Assembly: GCA_963693365.1 (NCBI GenBank)
Contig: CAVNZM010000002.1
Coordinates: forward strand, 372,001-436,000
Direction: 5' to 3'
From: Amoebidium appalachense
Lineage: Eukaryota; Protista; Ichthyosporea
DNA: 64,000 nucleotides
Shown: positions 12,516 to 43,360 of the stretch, one piece after another
How the letters are laid out: each line of letters opens with the position of its first letter
How positions within the stretch are numbered: the stretch's first letter is position 1
Notes under the pieces: generated by a model
Told to the model about the DNA's origin: nothing
Database searches by the model: none
The model's input: the letters and a program-made list of their open reading frames with translations, nothing else
Translations under genes and position numbers: made by a program

Positions 12516-13859
12516 CACCCCGCCGCGCCTGGTCCCCTCCGCCCGCATGGTTCGCTCTCGCACACAACGTCGTGCATCATCGGACCTTTCACCTCCAGCA
12601 ATACCAGATGCTTCGTCAGGTGGATCAATGGTGCACCGAGAATTTCATGACAGTCGGAATTGCAAAGTGTGCTACTTTTTCGAAGAACACTTCCTTTCGA
12701 TTGGCCGGCCTCCCTATTCCTGTTCAGAGCACCTATGACTATTTGGGTATTCCTTTTACTGCACGGGGTATTGATTTCCGCAAGCTCCTCACAGCACGGA
12801 TCGCTCGTGCAAAGGGTAAGCTTCACATCGTGTCAAATATGTTTCAACAGGAGTCTGTGATCCATCCTGCGAACCTTCTTCTCTACTATAAAACTTTTTT
12901 ACGGCCGACTTTCGAATATGGACTTCCGCTATTGGCCTGCGCCCCACCTCGCGAGGCGGCAATGGCGCTGAACGAGTTCGACGATTTTCAGGGTACTGCG
13001 CTACGCACTTTGTTTCGTACTCGGTTTGTGCCTCCCTTAATCAGTATGTTTGGTTTGTCGTCTGCTGTTTGTCGTATGGAGGAATTGTCTCTTCGTTTTT
13101 GTTTTCATTTAGTTAGGCTACCTGATGGTCACCCTCTTTATGCTTTCTTTCCCCCCCCTCCCTCCATTCCTCTTCCCCCCCGATTCACCAACGCTACTTC
13201 TGAATGTCCTCAGCCTACCCTCTTTCCACCTGATTCTTCCTCTCGATATCTCACTCCCTCTTTCTTTTCTCTTCCTGTTTTTTCTGCCTTTTCGCGTTAT
13301 TACCATACGCAGTATAAGTTTCTTTCTCGTTCTGATAGAGAAATCAAAGGTAAAACTCAGTCGGCATGTGTTATGTTCCTTAGGCAACACCGTACTGATC
13401 ATTATCGCTTTTTGGGAGCTTTGGCAGGATACATTTCTCCTGCTGTACGTATGGATACCACCCTAGTAGATAAGTCTGTATGGTGCTCTGATGTTGATAT
13501 TGCCTGGGAAGTTGTGCAGTGGCGCTGTAATTCTTGTTTTCATCGCCACTGGTGCCACTTTTGTGCTGACCTTTTTAATCGCAAGCATGTTGATAGGTGT
13601 GAATTTTTATGTCGCGTTTTACCTCTTTCCCTCCGGGTATCTGCTACACTAGCTGGCAATGTGAACACTTTAGACTTTTTGTTGAATTCTGTTGGTCGTC
13701 ACATTGAGTATTTATATGATTTTCACACAGTGTTCAGGTATCTCAGTATGCACTTGTTACTGGATAACTCGTGAAGTTTTTTATTGTCTTCTCAGTATGC
13801 CGTGCATACTTGTCATATCTTTCCGTCGAATAAATCCAGTCAAAAGAAAAAAAAAAAAA
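12484..13859 (+). mobile_element. Truncated non-LTR retrotransposon (LINE): C-terminal RT/thumb, CCHC finger, poly-A tail
   Basis: Intronless ORF 12482-13774 with QMLRQVDQW...M...KC, YDYLGIPF and LLYYKTFLRPTFEYG (LINE RT C-terminal motifs) and CHFCADLFNRKHVDRC (CCHC-type). AATAAA at 13829-13834, A-rich tail 13842-13859. No YADD motif or endonuclease; no TSD seen. Confidence 0.9.
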
Positions 13860-14255
13860 TACACGGATGGCATCCAGGCCTACCCAAAGGTCGACACAAA
13901 CGTGCAGTCCGCTTGTCTCTGCATTTTTGTTTTCACCCTTTTTCCATATGCATGACATTGTATATATATTGTCTCTGAATGGACATATAGGCGAGGGGCC
14001 CTACGATGTTTACTCGAGGCAAAGAGAGACCAGTCTCAGGTATGGGGGGGTTTTGCTCGGATTATCCCGTCAGCGGTATATCATGATCAAGTACATAGAT
14101 GTCGGGTGCTGATTATATATCAGGGTTTTCTTACTCTAGAAGCACCGTAAAGACTAAGAAAAACAATTAGTTGGGTTCCCCGTTTTTTTTTTTCTTTTCT
14201 TTTTTTTTTTTTTTTCCGAACTTCCCTGGGACACTCGGTATATATCATCTGGCGT

Positions 14256-14379
<124 letters not shown>

Positions 14380-16192
14380 AGAGTTTTGTAATGATGTGTT
14401 TCTCAAGCCAATCAATACTCTAATAAACAGGTCGTAGTTATGTGTGTATAGTATAAAATCAAGGAAGTTGTTATTTTCAGGTAAGCTATCTTTCTGGGTT
14501 TCTGTTATGAATGTGTCGTGTGTGTGCTGAGGTATTGTGTGGTCTATCACTGATTTGGCAATACATGTCCGTTTCAAAATGAAACTGGTGTGTGTGTGTG
14601 AACGTGTGTTGTTTGGGCAGCAAACGATGCCACCTTATACTTATTAGATCTCCACTGTATGGCACGTGTACAGTAAAAGAGTGGTAAGTGGTCAATAATA
14701 CCATCAGCTAGAGAACGACCAATTCTACAGGAAGGTAACTTGTATTCAGGTGTTACGCATTTGCGAGTGCCATATTTTGGCAATATGATTTAGGCGGTCA
14801 TTATATATAAAACGAGACTTAATGCTTAGTTTTTCAAGGTGTCTGCTCTATATCGGGTCTAGTGTCGCGTGGTATCTTTTTCCATTTGTCATAATGTGTA
14901 GTTAGCTTGTGATATAGTATGTACATACATGCCTAATAAGTAAATGGCAGTCCAAAGTCACACGCGCACTTTTGCTGGGTTTGTTTGTATTGGTGGCCGG
15001 GCCAAAAGGGAGAGAGAGAGGAAAAGGAAAGAGGGGAGAGGTGGGGAGGGGGCAGGTCGGATAGAGAAGAGAGGGTGAGAGGGCAAATAAATTTTTAAGA
15101 GGCTTATTATGTGCTTATTGAATTTCAGCGCGAGATGGGATACTCTAGCAGCTACTGGGACCATAACATATATCGAGAGCGTTACAGGCCCAGGTTTACA
15201 GCAGAACGTTGTTAGATAAAAAGGAGGCAATTTCTACTTCAAGGAGATTTGCCAAGGGTTTAAGCGCTCTAGTTCTCTCTTGCTTGATCCAAGCGGCGAG
15301 AAGGGGTAAACCATATTCACATGCCGGGAAGACAAAAGTGCGAATAAATGTAAGTCTAATAGAAGGATGGAGGGGTGTGTCTTTAAAACTTGAGTAGTAT
15401 GAATATATATTAGCCGAGAAGGAAGCTAACAGCCCGAGAAGAAAGCTAACCGCCTGAGAAGAAAGCTAGTCGCGCCTGCACGCCCATGATGTATTGATAT
15501 CAGTATGCTTACCAAAGCGCAATGGCACTGCCCATGAACACTCCCCCCCCTTGTGCAGGTATGGTGGTTCGAGCTCTTGCACTGTGCCTGTGTACAAGAG
15601 CTGTGTGTACACGTGTGTGATGGGTATCCTCTTATCCGATCTGCTGGCTCCATAGTTTTTGTAGCAAGTGTAGGAGCCACTCTGGCAAAATCACTGGCAT
15701 AACAATAATAGTGGCGTGTAGTACTGCAGCTGGCATGTAAAAGTAGTGTTTTAAAAAAAAAAAAAAAAAGTACGGGTACACATACTATGTTGTTGTGATA
15801 TCATCAGTCAGTCAGTAACCGTCTTACGCCAAACCTCAGCACTGGCACCTTCAGCACCCCCTAAGTCACTTAAAAGTTTTTTTTTTGGTGTTTTTTTTAT
15901 AAAAAAAAAAATGATGTTGATAGTGTAGTGCTCAGGTGTTTGCTTGATTTCAATACAGCACAGCCATAAAAACACTTGAAATATAAAACAAAACGTTGCC
16001 ATAACAATTTGCATTAAAACCAAAGTTCCTGTCTAATACCTTTTCATTGAACATGATGCAAAAACTCTTGAGAGAGACGAAATCCAAAGAAGCGAAATTT
16101 TGGATTGTTCTTGTACGTTCCCCCCATACTGGTTTAGGAAGATTAAAGTCTGCAAGCCCACCAATCATAACGCGGCGATTTATGGCAGCATC

Positions 16193-16273
16193 CAGGGTTC
16201 GATTTCTGTTTTTGAAACTTTTGGGGTAGGGTCCAAATTGTTTGGGTTTTTTTATTCTTTCTTTCTTTCTCTT

Positions 16274-16311
<38 letters not shown>

Positions 16312-16586
16312 TGCCAAAAAAACTTTGGGAAAAGCTTTGGGAAAATCCTGGGCGTGCAAACAAACGGTCATAATCACGGCCCCCCTCCCCTAACCTCTAG
16401 ATCTTCGCCCCCCAGCCGTGACGACCCACTGAGGTACCACTCACGGCCCGCAAACTCCCCGCTCCCCTGCGGCTTCCGGCCGGGCCTCAACAACGTCCCC
16501 CCCCCCCCCCCCCCCCCCATCCCCTGGGCCCCGGGCGCGCCGCCCCCCCCCCCCCCCTCCCCCCCCCCCCTCCCCCCCCCCCCCCC

Positions 16587-16622
<36 letters not shown>

Positions 16623-16742
16623 CCCCCCTTCCCCTCTCCTCCCGGGGGCCCCCCCACCGCCCCCCAATCCCCGGAGGTCCTTTGGGAATCCGGAAAAAAT
16701 GTTTGGGAAATTCCCAAACGTTTTTGGGAATTTCGATTTCTG
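16193..16742. mobile_element. Non-autonomous hAT-like DNA element (MITE), 550 bp
   Basis: Perfect 8-bp direct repeat GCAGCATC at 16185-16192 and 16743-16750. Termini CAGGGTTCGA...TCGATTTCTG form an imperfect TIR; subterminal TTTGGGAA repeats near both ends. Confidence 0.75.
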
Positions 16743-17164
16743 GCAGCATCTAAGATACGCACCAATCGGTAAACGTGCCCCACTTTAAACTGCATTCCAT
16801 TGCGGTAAACACCTGACTGGTCGCTTCCGCCGGAAGTGAAAAAACCGTCTTCTCTTAAAAGGCGGACAGGTGGCACACACCATCCCATGGCGTATCCCTG
16901 GCTAGGCACAGAGAAGGAGCCATTGAGCCTGTTGAAAAATTGGTGAAGCTTTTCTGGATCACTTTTGCCAGTTAGAAACACGTAGACAGACCTTTCTTAT
17001 TGCTCAGTGCAGGGATTTTTTTATGTTCGATTTGCTTATCCAACTGGGTGTTCACAGTATGAAGAAACATCATACAGTGACAGAGCAACCAACAAAACAC
17101 ACAAAATAGGTACGGGGCATCAGCTTAATTCTAGTACACCCTACCTGATATCCACACAGCCAAT

Positions 17165-33884
<16,720 letters not shown>

Positions 33885-34014
33885 TTGGCTCCTAAAAATG
33901 GCCCAGATCTCACCTTACGGTACGGCCACAGCCCATCATGTGGTACATGGAAATTTAGATCGACTTGAATGTTTTTTAAGAACAACCATGCGCTCACTCA
34001 TATGCACGCGCGCG

Positions 34015-34092
<78 letters not shown>

Positions 34093-34786
34093 CATGCATC
34101 CATGCATGTATACGCTGGGACTTCGTGACGTTCGCTCCCCAACATGTTGGTGTTGGGGAGCAATGTATGCACATACTTTAGCATAATTGATAATTAATAC
34201 ACTGCTAATTTATTTAGAATAAGAAGAGCTTCTCTTCTTCCCATATTTCCTCTTCTTTTCTTTCCAAATTAGGCTTCACATCATGTTTGTTTTTTTAGCT
34301 CGAACCGTGACTTTATTTGTGGAATAGAATTTTAAACATACAAGCAAATATTAGCGCAAAAAACACACTAGCGGACATAAATTTTTTACAGAAATATCTG
34401 TATATTGTAGTAATAGAATGTGTATATGCATGCACGAACAACTTGGTGCTCAGCACCTGGTGAGAGGAGTAATGCCACCACAGAGCATTTGTTTGTACAT
34501 AAGGCGTTGGGGTTGATTTTGATGCCAGCCTAATTTACGGTGCAATACGGTTTTAAGGACATAAAACACTAATGTAACTGTGAGTAGTGTGACCATCCTG
34601 CCGTAAATATTAAATGTAGGGTGCTGACAAAAGATTAAAAAAAAATATTTTTTAAAAAAAATACGATACTGAAAAACTTCGAGGAGAGTGGTCTATCATC
34701 AATGATTCCAATTGAATCGCCGTCTGGTTGCATCAATCAGGTTGACCCCTCCCCCCCCTCCCCCCTCCCCTCCCACCCCCTCCCCC

Positions 34787-34818
<32 letters not shown>

Positions 34819-37800
34819 ACCCTTTCCCCCCCCCCCCCCCCCCCCCCCACCACCACCACCACCATCACCACCACCCCTTCAGAGTCTCTGTCTCTCGTTC
34901 TCTCTTCGTGTGCCTTCACACTGCTGTCTCAGTGAATTTCCTTCCCACCGATCACGGCCTGACTGCAAAAGCCACCCACATGTATACAGCCCAACGACCA
35001 TCTCTAGTCGTGCTTCCATTAACTCACCAACTGCCACTAATAGATCCGGTTTTGTTTTCTGCGCGTTCTTCATTTTCCTTTTTTTCGCACTTTGCTCATT
35101 TGAAACATTGATCTGCCGTGCTGGCTAGCGCTGTGGTTGTTTTTGGGTTGAAGTGCTCTGATGTACTAAGTTAAGCGTGGATTTAGTAGCGTGGTTGACA
35201 TTGCAAGGCAACATACTTTGTTGCGGCTCTGCAAGTGCATACTCATCACTTGCTCCCTGAATTTCCGTGATGAAATGCAATGGTAGGGGGACATTCAAAG
35301 CACCTTTGCTAAAACTTTAAGGCTTCTTTCTGTTTCCTTCTCTGTTTTTTGTTACTCACGCTTCTCTATCTAATGCTTTAAAATTGCACACAAGCGAATA
35401 CCACAGTTCATTCTTGGTCGTCTCCGTGGGTGTGCCTGCATGTACATACGCGGAGCACTGCATGTGAACTTCCGTGATACGACACGTGTGTGTTTTGTAC
35501 GTGAGTCGGTGTGCTCTGTCCGAAGTTCCAGTGCCTGTGCACGTGCGAGTGTCTATCATTAGTGGGCAGTGCCCATGTTCATGTGCATGCACGTTTAACA
35601 GGGCAAGATATCAGCAGACACACTGATACACAAACGCACCACGCACTCGGTTGAACAAGCACGCACACCTGCACGATCGCACACACACACACACACACAC
35701 ACTGGCACACACACACACTTTCTTGTCCGCTTCGTCAGTCCCCCCATGCTTCCAGCACGTTGCATAACTGCTTTACTAAGCCATGTGCAGAGCCCTGAGC
35801 CACTTGGATATGCAAAGGGCCTTCTTTCTCCTCTCAGACTGCACACACTCACCAGGAAGCACCCCACAAGACTCTCTGCTTAACAACCCCTTGCCTATGG
35901 TCCACTAAGCAGCAGCACGGTCCATCTCCTGTCCTTCATGCACATTTACAGCACACAAATCACCGCACACGCCGTCCTGATTAGGGTGCGAGGTCAGGCA
36001 TGGAGTTTATGGGCCTCATACACACACACAAAAAAAGATATGTCGGTGCATGCCAGTTCACTTTCTAACGCGTCAGTGGCCGCCGGCACCACGGCCCTCT
36101 GATACAGCCGTGGTCTGTGCATCCGAGCGTTCTGCATGTGCACATGTGCGGTATGCCGCACTGCCGAAGTCAATAAAACCACATTCCAGGTGAAAGGGTA
36201 AAATGGAACACGAAGGCCGGCTTAGACTTCGAGTCAGGAACTCTTATATGATATAAACATTTGGACAAATTACCCTTCCATAGAAACATTATGTGAATAA
36301 GAGTAGTGTTTAGTTGAATTTGCTTGTAAATTACCCTGTTACACACGCTTGTTCCTGTTATTTGTGTTCATTGCAAAATTAAACGGTTCAAATACTTTCC
36401 GTGCACCAAAACAAATTTGCCGCCCTCAGACACTGTAACACTCCGTAATGTTATTCCTCCGGCTGCAATCGGTGTTTTGTAACTGGCACCTTGGTATAGT
36501 GTCATCAAATAAACATTAATAAAACAAAAGTAAGCATTTTTATAAAAATATATTCACATGTTATGTTACAATCCCAACATCCCCAGCCGATGTTCTTTGA
36601 TATTTGCGGCAGCTTACCTAAATTCTGCGATAGTATTATGCAGCGATACCCGTATTGCATTATCATAAGCCCTTATTATTGGTTTACAATCATTGTAAAA
36701 TGTCACCGTCGCATTCTCCTCTGTGGGAATCTTTTGAAAAGTAGCCGCCAGCAGCGCATTTGCCAACAGCCTTATCTATCCGAAAAAGACAACCAGTAAC
36801 GTGTGACCTGTAGCCTGGACTCGAGATAAGGGCTGTTTTGGTGTTATAAGACATATATTCATTGTTAAAAGCGACCTATCTTTGGTGTTTTTTATCACTA
36901 TCGCTTTCTTTTCTGCATCAACCTTCCCATTAATCGAAGAACATCATGTACAAAATTTTTTTTTCTCAATTATATCTCCGCATGTGATGTCTATGTGATA
37001 AGTTATATCTCCACTTAAAATTTGTATGATGTAAGTGTAACACCGATTTTATTATATGTATATCTTGTTGGTTGGAAGTACTGTTGGCCTTGGTGCCGAC
37101 AACTCATCACAGCTCACCTACATTTCGTTAATAAACAGCACATTCCCCCCCCCCCCACTGATGATGTACAAACCGTGTCTGCCAAAGTTTCTCATTTTCA
37201 GGATAGATGTGCTATCAGCACGTTTATGCGACCAGTTAAGGCTAGTTTTCGAATGACGTCAATATGACGTCCGGTAGCCCCCATTGTTTGCCTTTATATG
37301 GGCATAACTTAATTTTAGGTATCGCAAATCGCCATATAAAGAAATTCTGGAGGAATGCCGACCCGTTACGTTAACAATGACAACGTTACCCGAAGATCCC
37401 CCTTCAGCCCTTGCCAAAGGCCAGCCGGCCGGCCGCCTAGTGTACACTTGTATGACGTCATTTATGAGTTTGGAAAAGGCGTTTCACGGTATGAGCCGGC
37501 CTTCCTGAGTTCCCTCCGGAGTGTCCTTGGTTCCTTATATGTAGTTGGGAAACTATAGGTTCTCATAGTAAAAACCATTTGGCGAATACTTTCAGCCACA
37601 ACAATTGCAAGCGAAGGTGCACATGTTTTGAGGCAGGGTCGTCCAAGTCCAGCTAGTGTGCGAACCTCACTTCGATCAAACAGATTAGCTCCAGTCAGCA
37701 GGTTATTTCACCGTATACGTCGTCACGCGCTTTGGGTCTTCTTAGCAGAAACGCCTTTTCTGTCCCATGGGCAGCACAGCACATATCCACATATAGTACG

Positions 37801-37892
37801 TGGGTCTCTGACGCACAGGCAACCCCTATTCTGTGTTACACCCCTTTGCACCTCCACATGAGGTTATCATCACATCATTATTTCTCAGCGCA

Positions 37893-39093
37893 ATGTCTTT
37901 TTGTTGGTGCTTTTCGGGTCGATGGGACTCGACCCAAAACAGGTCGGGCACACGGCGTGCCCCGGGACACGTAAACAGCAAACATGCCACTGAGGATTTA
38001 CAGCAAAATTTGAACCGATTTGCGTCTCTAGCAGACAACGATAAGTCGTTGACGAGCCAAAAAACAAGCGGCAGCCTTGCGAGTGCAAACAGTCTGCGAT
38101 CAATGCGCACACGCAGCACCGTGAGCAGTGTTGGAAGCGCAAACAGTGAATTGACAAAGCAGGTAACGTTGAATGGCCTGTCTAGCGACTCGTCTGATAG
38201 ACCACTAAGGCCCGCAGACCTACTCAAAATCCCATCCAATTTCGCGTCCATGGACCTGACTGATGACATTGTGTCGTTTTTACGCAAACCCGGCGAAACA
38301 CGTGTGTGTTTTGCGGAGTACCTTTGTGAGAATTATGCCATTGAGCTGTTGCTATTTTGGGATGCGGTGGACGTTTATCTGCAGGCCCACCAGGGGAAGG
38401 AGAAGACGCAGGAGGCCATGGAGCAGGCAGAGTCCCTGTACAGGTGCGTGCATATGGGTTGAGGTTTGTTTTTTTTGGTGTGTGTGTTTTTTTGTTTTTT
38501 TTTGGTGGGGAGGGGGGAGGGGGGAGGGGGAGGGGGGAGGAGGGGGGGCACGGTTTTGGGTAAGGTGTGTGTGAGTGGAGGTGGGGGAGTGCACGGGTGC
38601 ATCAGACTCTGTACGTGTGCGTGGTTGTGCAATTGCAGCGCTTGGGCGGCCGTGCGTGGGTGGGTTGGTGGATGGAGAGGAGGGGGGAGGGGCGAGGGGA
38701 GGCACTGGTTTTGTGTGATGTTTGTGTGTGGGTGGGTGGGTGGGTGGGTGTGTGCATGTCTGAAACAGGCTTGCGCGTTCTTGTTTGGTGCCTTGCGCTT
38801 TTTTCAAAATACGTATTCTACACCAAACTGTATGCTTCAAGACTTTCCCTCCTTACCCCCAATGGCCCCACTATCCCTCCCCTCCAGTTCTCTCGAACAC
38901 CCCATATAGCTAGCATTATGTTGCACGGTTGACATGGTGATACTCTGCAATATGGAACTTCACCTTCCGCAAAACTCCTCAAGATACCCACATTAACTCA
39001 TTCATTGTTTCTGCAATTGTTCATGACTACACACTCACACTTATGTGCACATACTCACAATTACACACACACATACACACGCACAAACGTGCG

Positions 39094-39160
<67 letters not shown>

Positions 39161-39723
39161 CGTATTTCTAGGGTCAGATTCGCAATACTGTCTCAGTGTG
39201 GGCTACGACGTCGCAAAGGAATTCGATTGCAGTCTGAGCTTTAATGAGTCCGGCTACAACCAAAAAAGGCAAACTCGGGACCAGGTACTTACATAATGCA
39301 TTATGCACACTACCAACATCATTTGGTGCCCACAAACAGAGATCTGCACGTGCACACATGTTGACAGCCAAATACGCATACACCCTGAAACTGTAGACAA
39401 ACACGAGCTCGTGAGCGTGTACACACACGCACACATGCGCGCATGTACGCGCACAACACACACACAAACACACGCACACACATTCACACCTTGGAATCAT
39501 AACTCGGAGGACTTAAGGTGGTACACAGTTGGGCTGTGTAGCTTGTTCTTCAGAGTCAGCACACGCCCACACATATGACCATGTAGCTGCCGAGTCCCTA
39601 GTCCCTCCCTTATCCCCCCCCCCCTCCTTTCCCTCCCCCGGCCTCACACTCCTCTCCTTTGCTCTACAAGAACCTGTTGTGTATATCCCCACCACCACCA
39701 CCATCAGCATTTCCACACACACT

Positions 39724-39768
<45 letters not shown>

Positions 39769-39948
39769 AAACACACATCTCACACACACCAGCGCACGTA
39801 CACACAGGCACACACACTCATTTACTCACTCAAAGACGCACAAACACACGCACAAGCACACCCAGACACCCGTATGTGTACACACATGCGCTGCATTGGT
39901 GACATGACGTGCCCACAAATGCGCATGCGCGTGCACAAACACACACAG

Positions 39949-40020
<72 letters not shown>

Positions 40021-40155
40021 TAACACCCTTGGCGCTAGGCCGAGGGTGTCTTACTGATAACTAGCAAATACACCATCTCCTTTGCACCCTATTCTCTTAG
40101 TTTCTATCTCGTCACTGTGGCGCATATCTTATCCTCACCACTCGAACCATCTCCC

Positions 40156-40193
<38 letters not shown>

Positions 40194-40783
40194 CCCGCCT
40201 CTCCCAAAGCCAAATCTAATCCACGATAATGCATACACTCTGCTAATTGTGTGAACACTTTGTGTGTGTCTTTGCACAATGTGCTTTAATTTGCCCATGT
40301 CGTGAACATGTACTTCACGCTTTGTAACACATTCTAACCCCCCTCCCCCTCCTCCCCCCCCCCCCCCCCCCCTGAGGATGGGGTTGCTTATGCACGTTCC
40401 TGCATGTGTTGCTGATGTTGCATACTTTAATGTTTGCCTTTGCGTGTGCCCCGCACCTTTTTTTTCATCATGTAGCCTGATTGTACCTCGTACCGTATTC
40501 TGCGTTCTAACCCCCCTCCCCCCCCCTCCCCCAGGTGTCGCTTGCCATGATTTGCAAGTTGTTTCGCAATGCGCAACAGCAGATCGAAAAGAGACTACAT
40601 ACTTACTACACAGACTACGTCAGCTTGGTGGCCGACCACGTGGGGAGGATGGGGGATGCAAGTGGAAGCAGAGACGAGCTGAATGGGATTTCAAACCCCG
40701 GACCCATAGCGAAGAATAAGAGGCCACGATCGCAGTCGTATATGACGAGGGGGGTTGGAAAGACGCCGGCGGGTGCAGATTAG
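37893..40783 (+). CDS. RGS (regulator of G-protein signalling) domain protein with Ser-rich N-terminus
   Basis: Exons 37893-38443, 39161-39284 and 40535-40783 are in phase. FAEYLCENYAIELLLFWDAVDVY...AESLYSVFLGSDSQYCLSV...LFRNAQQQIEKRLHTYYTDY follows the RGS fold pattern FxxFLxxExxxExLxFWxA / FxxAQxxI. N-terminal MSFCWCF. Confidence 0.8.
40371..40516 (+). repeat. Shorter diverged copy of the intronic repeat family, directly before a 3' splice site
   Basis: CCTGAGGATGGG...GCTGATGTTGCATACTT.AATGTTTGCCTTTGC matches the reverse complement of 6359-6490. It ends TTCTAAC-poly-C-CAG at the 40535 acceptor. Confidence 0.85.
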
Positions 40784-41162
40784 GCAATGTGGGTGTGTGA
40801 AGACACACACACACAGACAGTAAGCACTCACAAACAGTAAACACACACACACACACACACATACACACCCACACACACAAACGGTACACGCACATACACT
40901 CACGCACACACACATGCACGCACGTGCACAAACAAACACACACACACAGTACACACACACACGTACCCCAAATTCAGCCGGCCTCCCATCTTCTCGGCTA
41001 ATGTAGCTAGAGTCCCCTATGGCATATGTGCCGGCGGGTAGTTTTTTCTGTCCCGATGATCGACTTTTAATCAATCGAATGCCTGCTTCCTTGCGGTGGT
41101 AGTACATCATCCTTGTGCCTGTGCTCTTAAAATCTAGAAGTCGCCGAAATGCAGACACATCA

Positions 41163-41311
<149 letters not shown>

Positions 41312-41327
41312 GTGTGTGTGCGCGCGC

Positions 41328-41400
<73 letters not shown>

Positions 41401-42272
41401 GAAGACCTGTGTGATAGATTCAGACTGGGTGTTTGTCTGCTGCTTTTTATAGATGAAACTGGCCCAATAGGGAGCTTCTTTTTAAAAAGTTTAGTTTTTA
41501 GCACATTCACGCTGCTTACGTCGACCGGAAGGTCTGTGTGCAGACAATTCTTAGTGCGGATACACTATCTCGAACGTTGATAAATATCCGATTGGTTGAA
41601 TATGCGATCGAAAATTTAGCGGTGCAAACGCATGTGCAAACGCAAACGACATTTAGTAATGGCTGGGGGCATCCGGCATGCCGTCCCCGTCATTTGTGCG
41701 TCTTTGTTGATTGGCCGCTCAATTAGTACCAACTAATTATGACCCCCTGCTGGCCAGGCGGCTTGCAACTTGTAACCTTTTGCCCCCCCCCCCCCCCCCC
41801 CCCCCCTCCCCCGGTCAATCGCCATTAATTTCAGTGGCTCATCACACATTGATTGGCTGCCCGCCAAGCTGAACGGTAGCATAGGGAAATAGCTAAAATT
41901 CCCACTAAACATCATAGGTAGCATAGACGCAACACCTGGTAATAACTAAATAATAAATCAAACTTTCGTGTTTGAGTGTTATGTAGTACATCCCCCAACC
42001 ACACGCTTTGGCCTGATCCGAGGCCTAATATTAATATGAAAATGCGAGGGAGTACTGCTACTTGCACGCCCACAAGCACCTTATGTACACGAGGGTTATT
42101 TCAGGCCAATAGCCAGTATGTATTGTATCCAATTTGGTCTAACACGGCCCACTGTAGTATCCATACATGTTGCCAAGGCACACGTAGCACAGATGTACAA
42201 CCCCACTCATACCCTCCTCTTACCTCCCCCCCCCCCCCCCCCCTCCCCCCCCCCCCCCTTCCCTCCCCCTCC

Positions 42273-42321
<49 letters not shown>

Positions 42322-42339
42322 AGGGAGGGAGAGAGGGGG

Positions 42340-42370
<31 letters not shown>

Positions 42371-43360
42371 GAGACGGGTTCCTCTACTTACTAGTTAACA
42401 GCACAAAGCCCTGTGGTGCTGTACATATACATGCAGGCAGTTATCATCCACACAACAGGAGACAAGTCAGACAACGAAACACTATCTTGTGTCAGAATGG
42501 TGTGTGTGTGTGTGTGCCTGTCGGTATGGGATTGAATGTTCCCTTGTGTTTTTTCTCTAGTGAGGCAAGGTGGATCCAGAGGGTAGGGAAGGGACGACGA
42601 GGGGGGGTGCGGGGGGAAGGGAGGGAAGGGCCCGAGGGGGGGAGGGGGGGGGGGGGGGGGGGGGGGGGGGCATAGCACGGTCTAGAAATTTCAGATTTAC
42701 TGACAGACACCATTGCTGCTCTTCACAAAGCTACTAGTGTCCGTGAGCCACTGGGGGTGTACCATGTTATGTACATGTGCGTATATGTTAATTAGTCACG
42801 TCGTGTATTTGCTCTTTTGTGTGTGTGTGTGTGTGTGTGCGCATGTTGATTTTGCTCATAGGTGCCAGAGTTTTCTACAAATTCATCGATGCTTTGCTTA
42901 TCACAACACATATAGCCCTGGTAAACTATTCCAATCCAACTACTTGTTGTAGTATTAAGCCCGAAAAATGTTCACCTAACTGTTCTAAAAAAATGCTAGC
43001 AAATAAGTTCCAACTTGCATTGCCTCGTAGAAACTTAGAACACATAAACCTACAAACTATGACGAAAATAACGAACCAATGAAAAAACAAACATTCTACC
43101 CATATAAGGAAGGTATGGGCGCACACCACTACAAAGCTGGCAGCCTGCTGCCACACCGTCACTGTGTGCACTAATTCTTCCCTGGCCCCTCATTGGCTGA
43201 AATTTGCGCAAAAACTCTATATTTACAGCTGCGCTCCGGCCATGCCCAGACTACCGGCCACAATCAAGAGGGGCGGGGCCCGAGACACACAACAGCCAGG
43301 TCCCGCCTGGCACATACCAAACATGGCAAACACAACACCAAAAAAGGCAACCCCGCCCGT

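Noticed and set aside
14121-14228. CAGGG...CCCTG pair as another MITE
   Set aside because: Only ~5 bp of inverted match and no target-site duplication.
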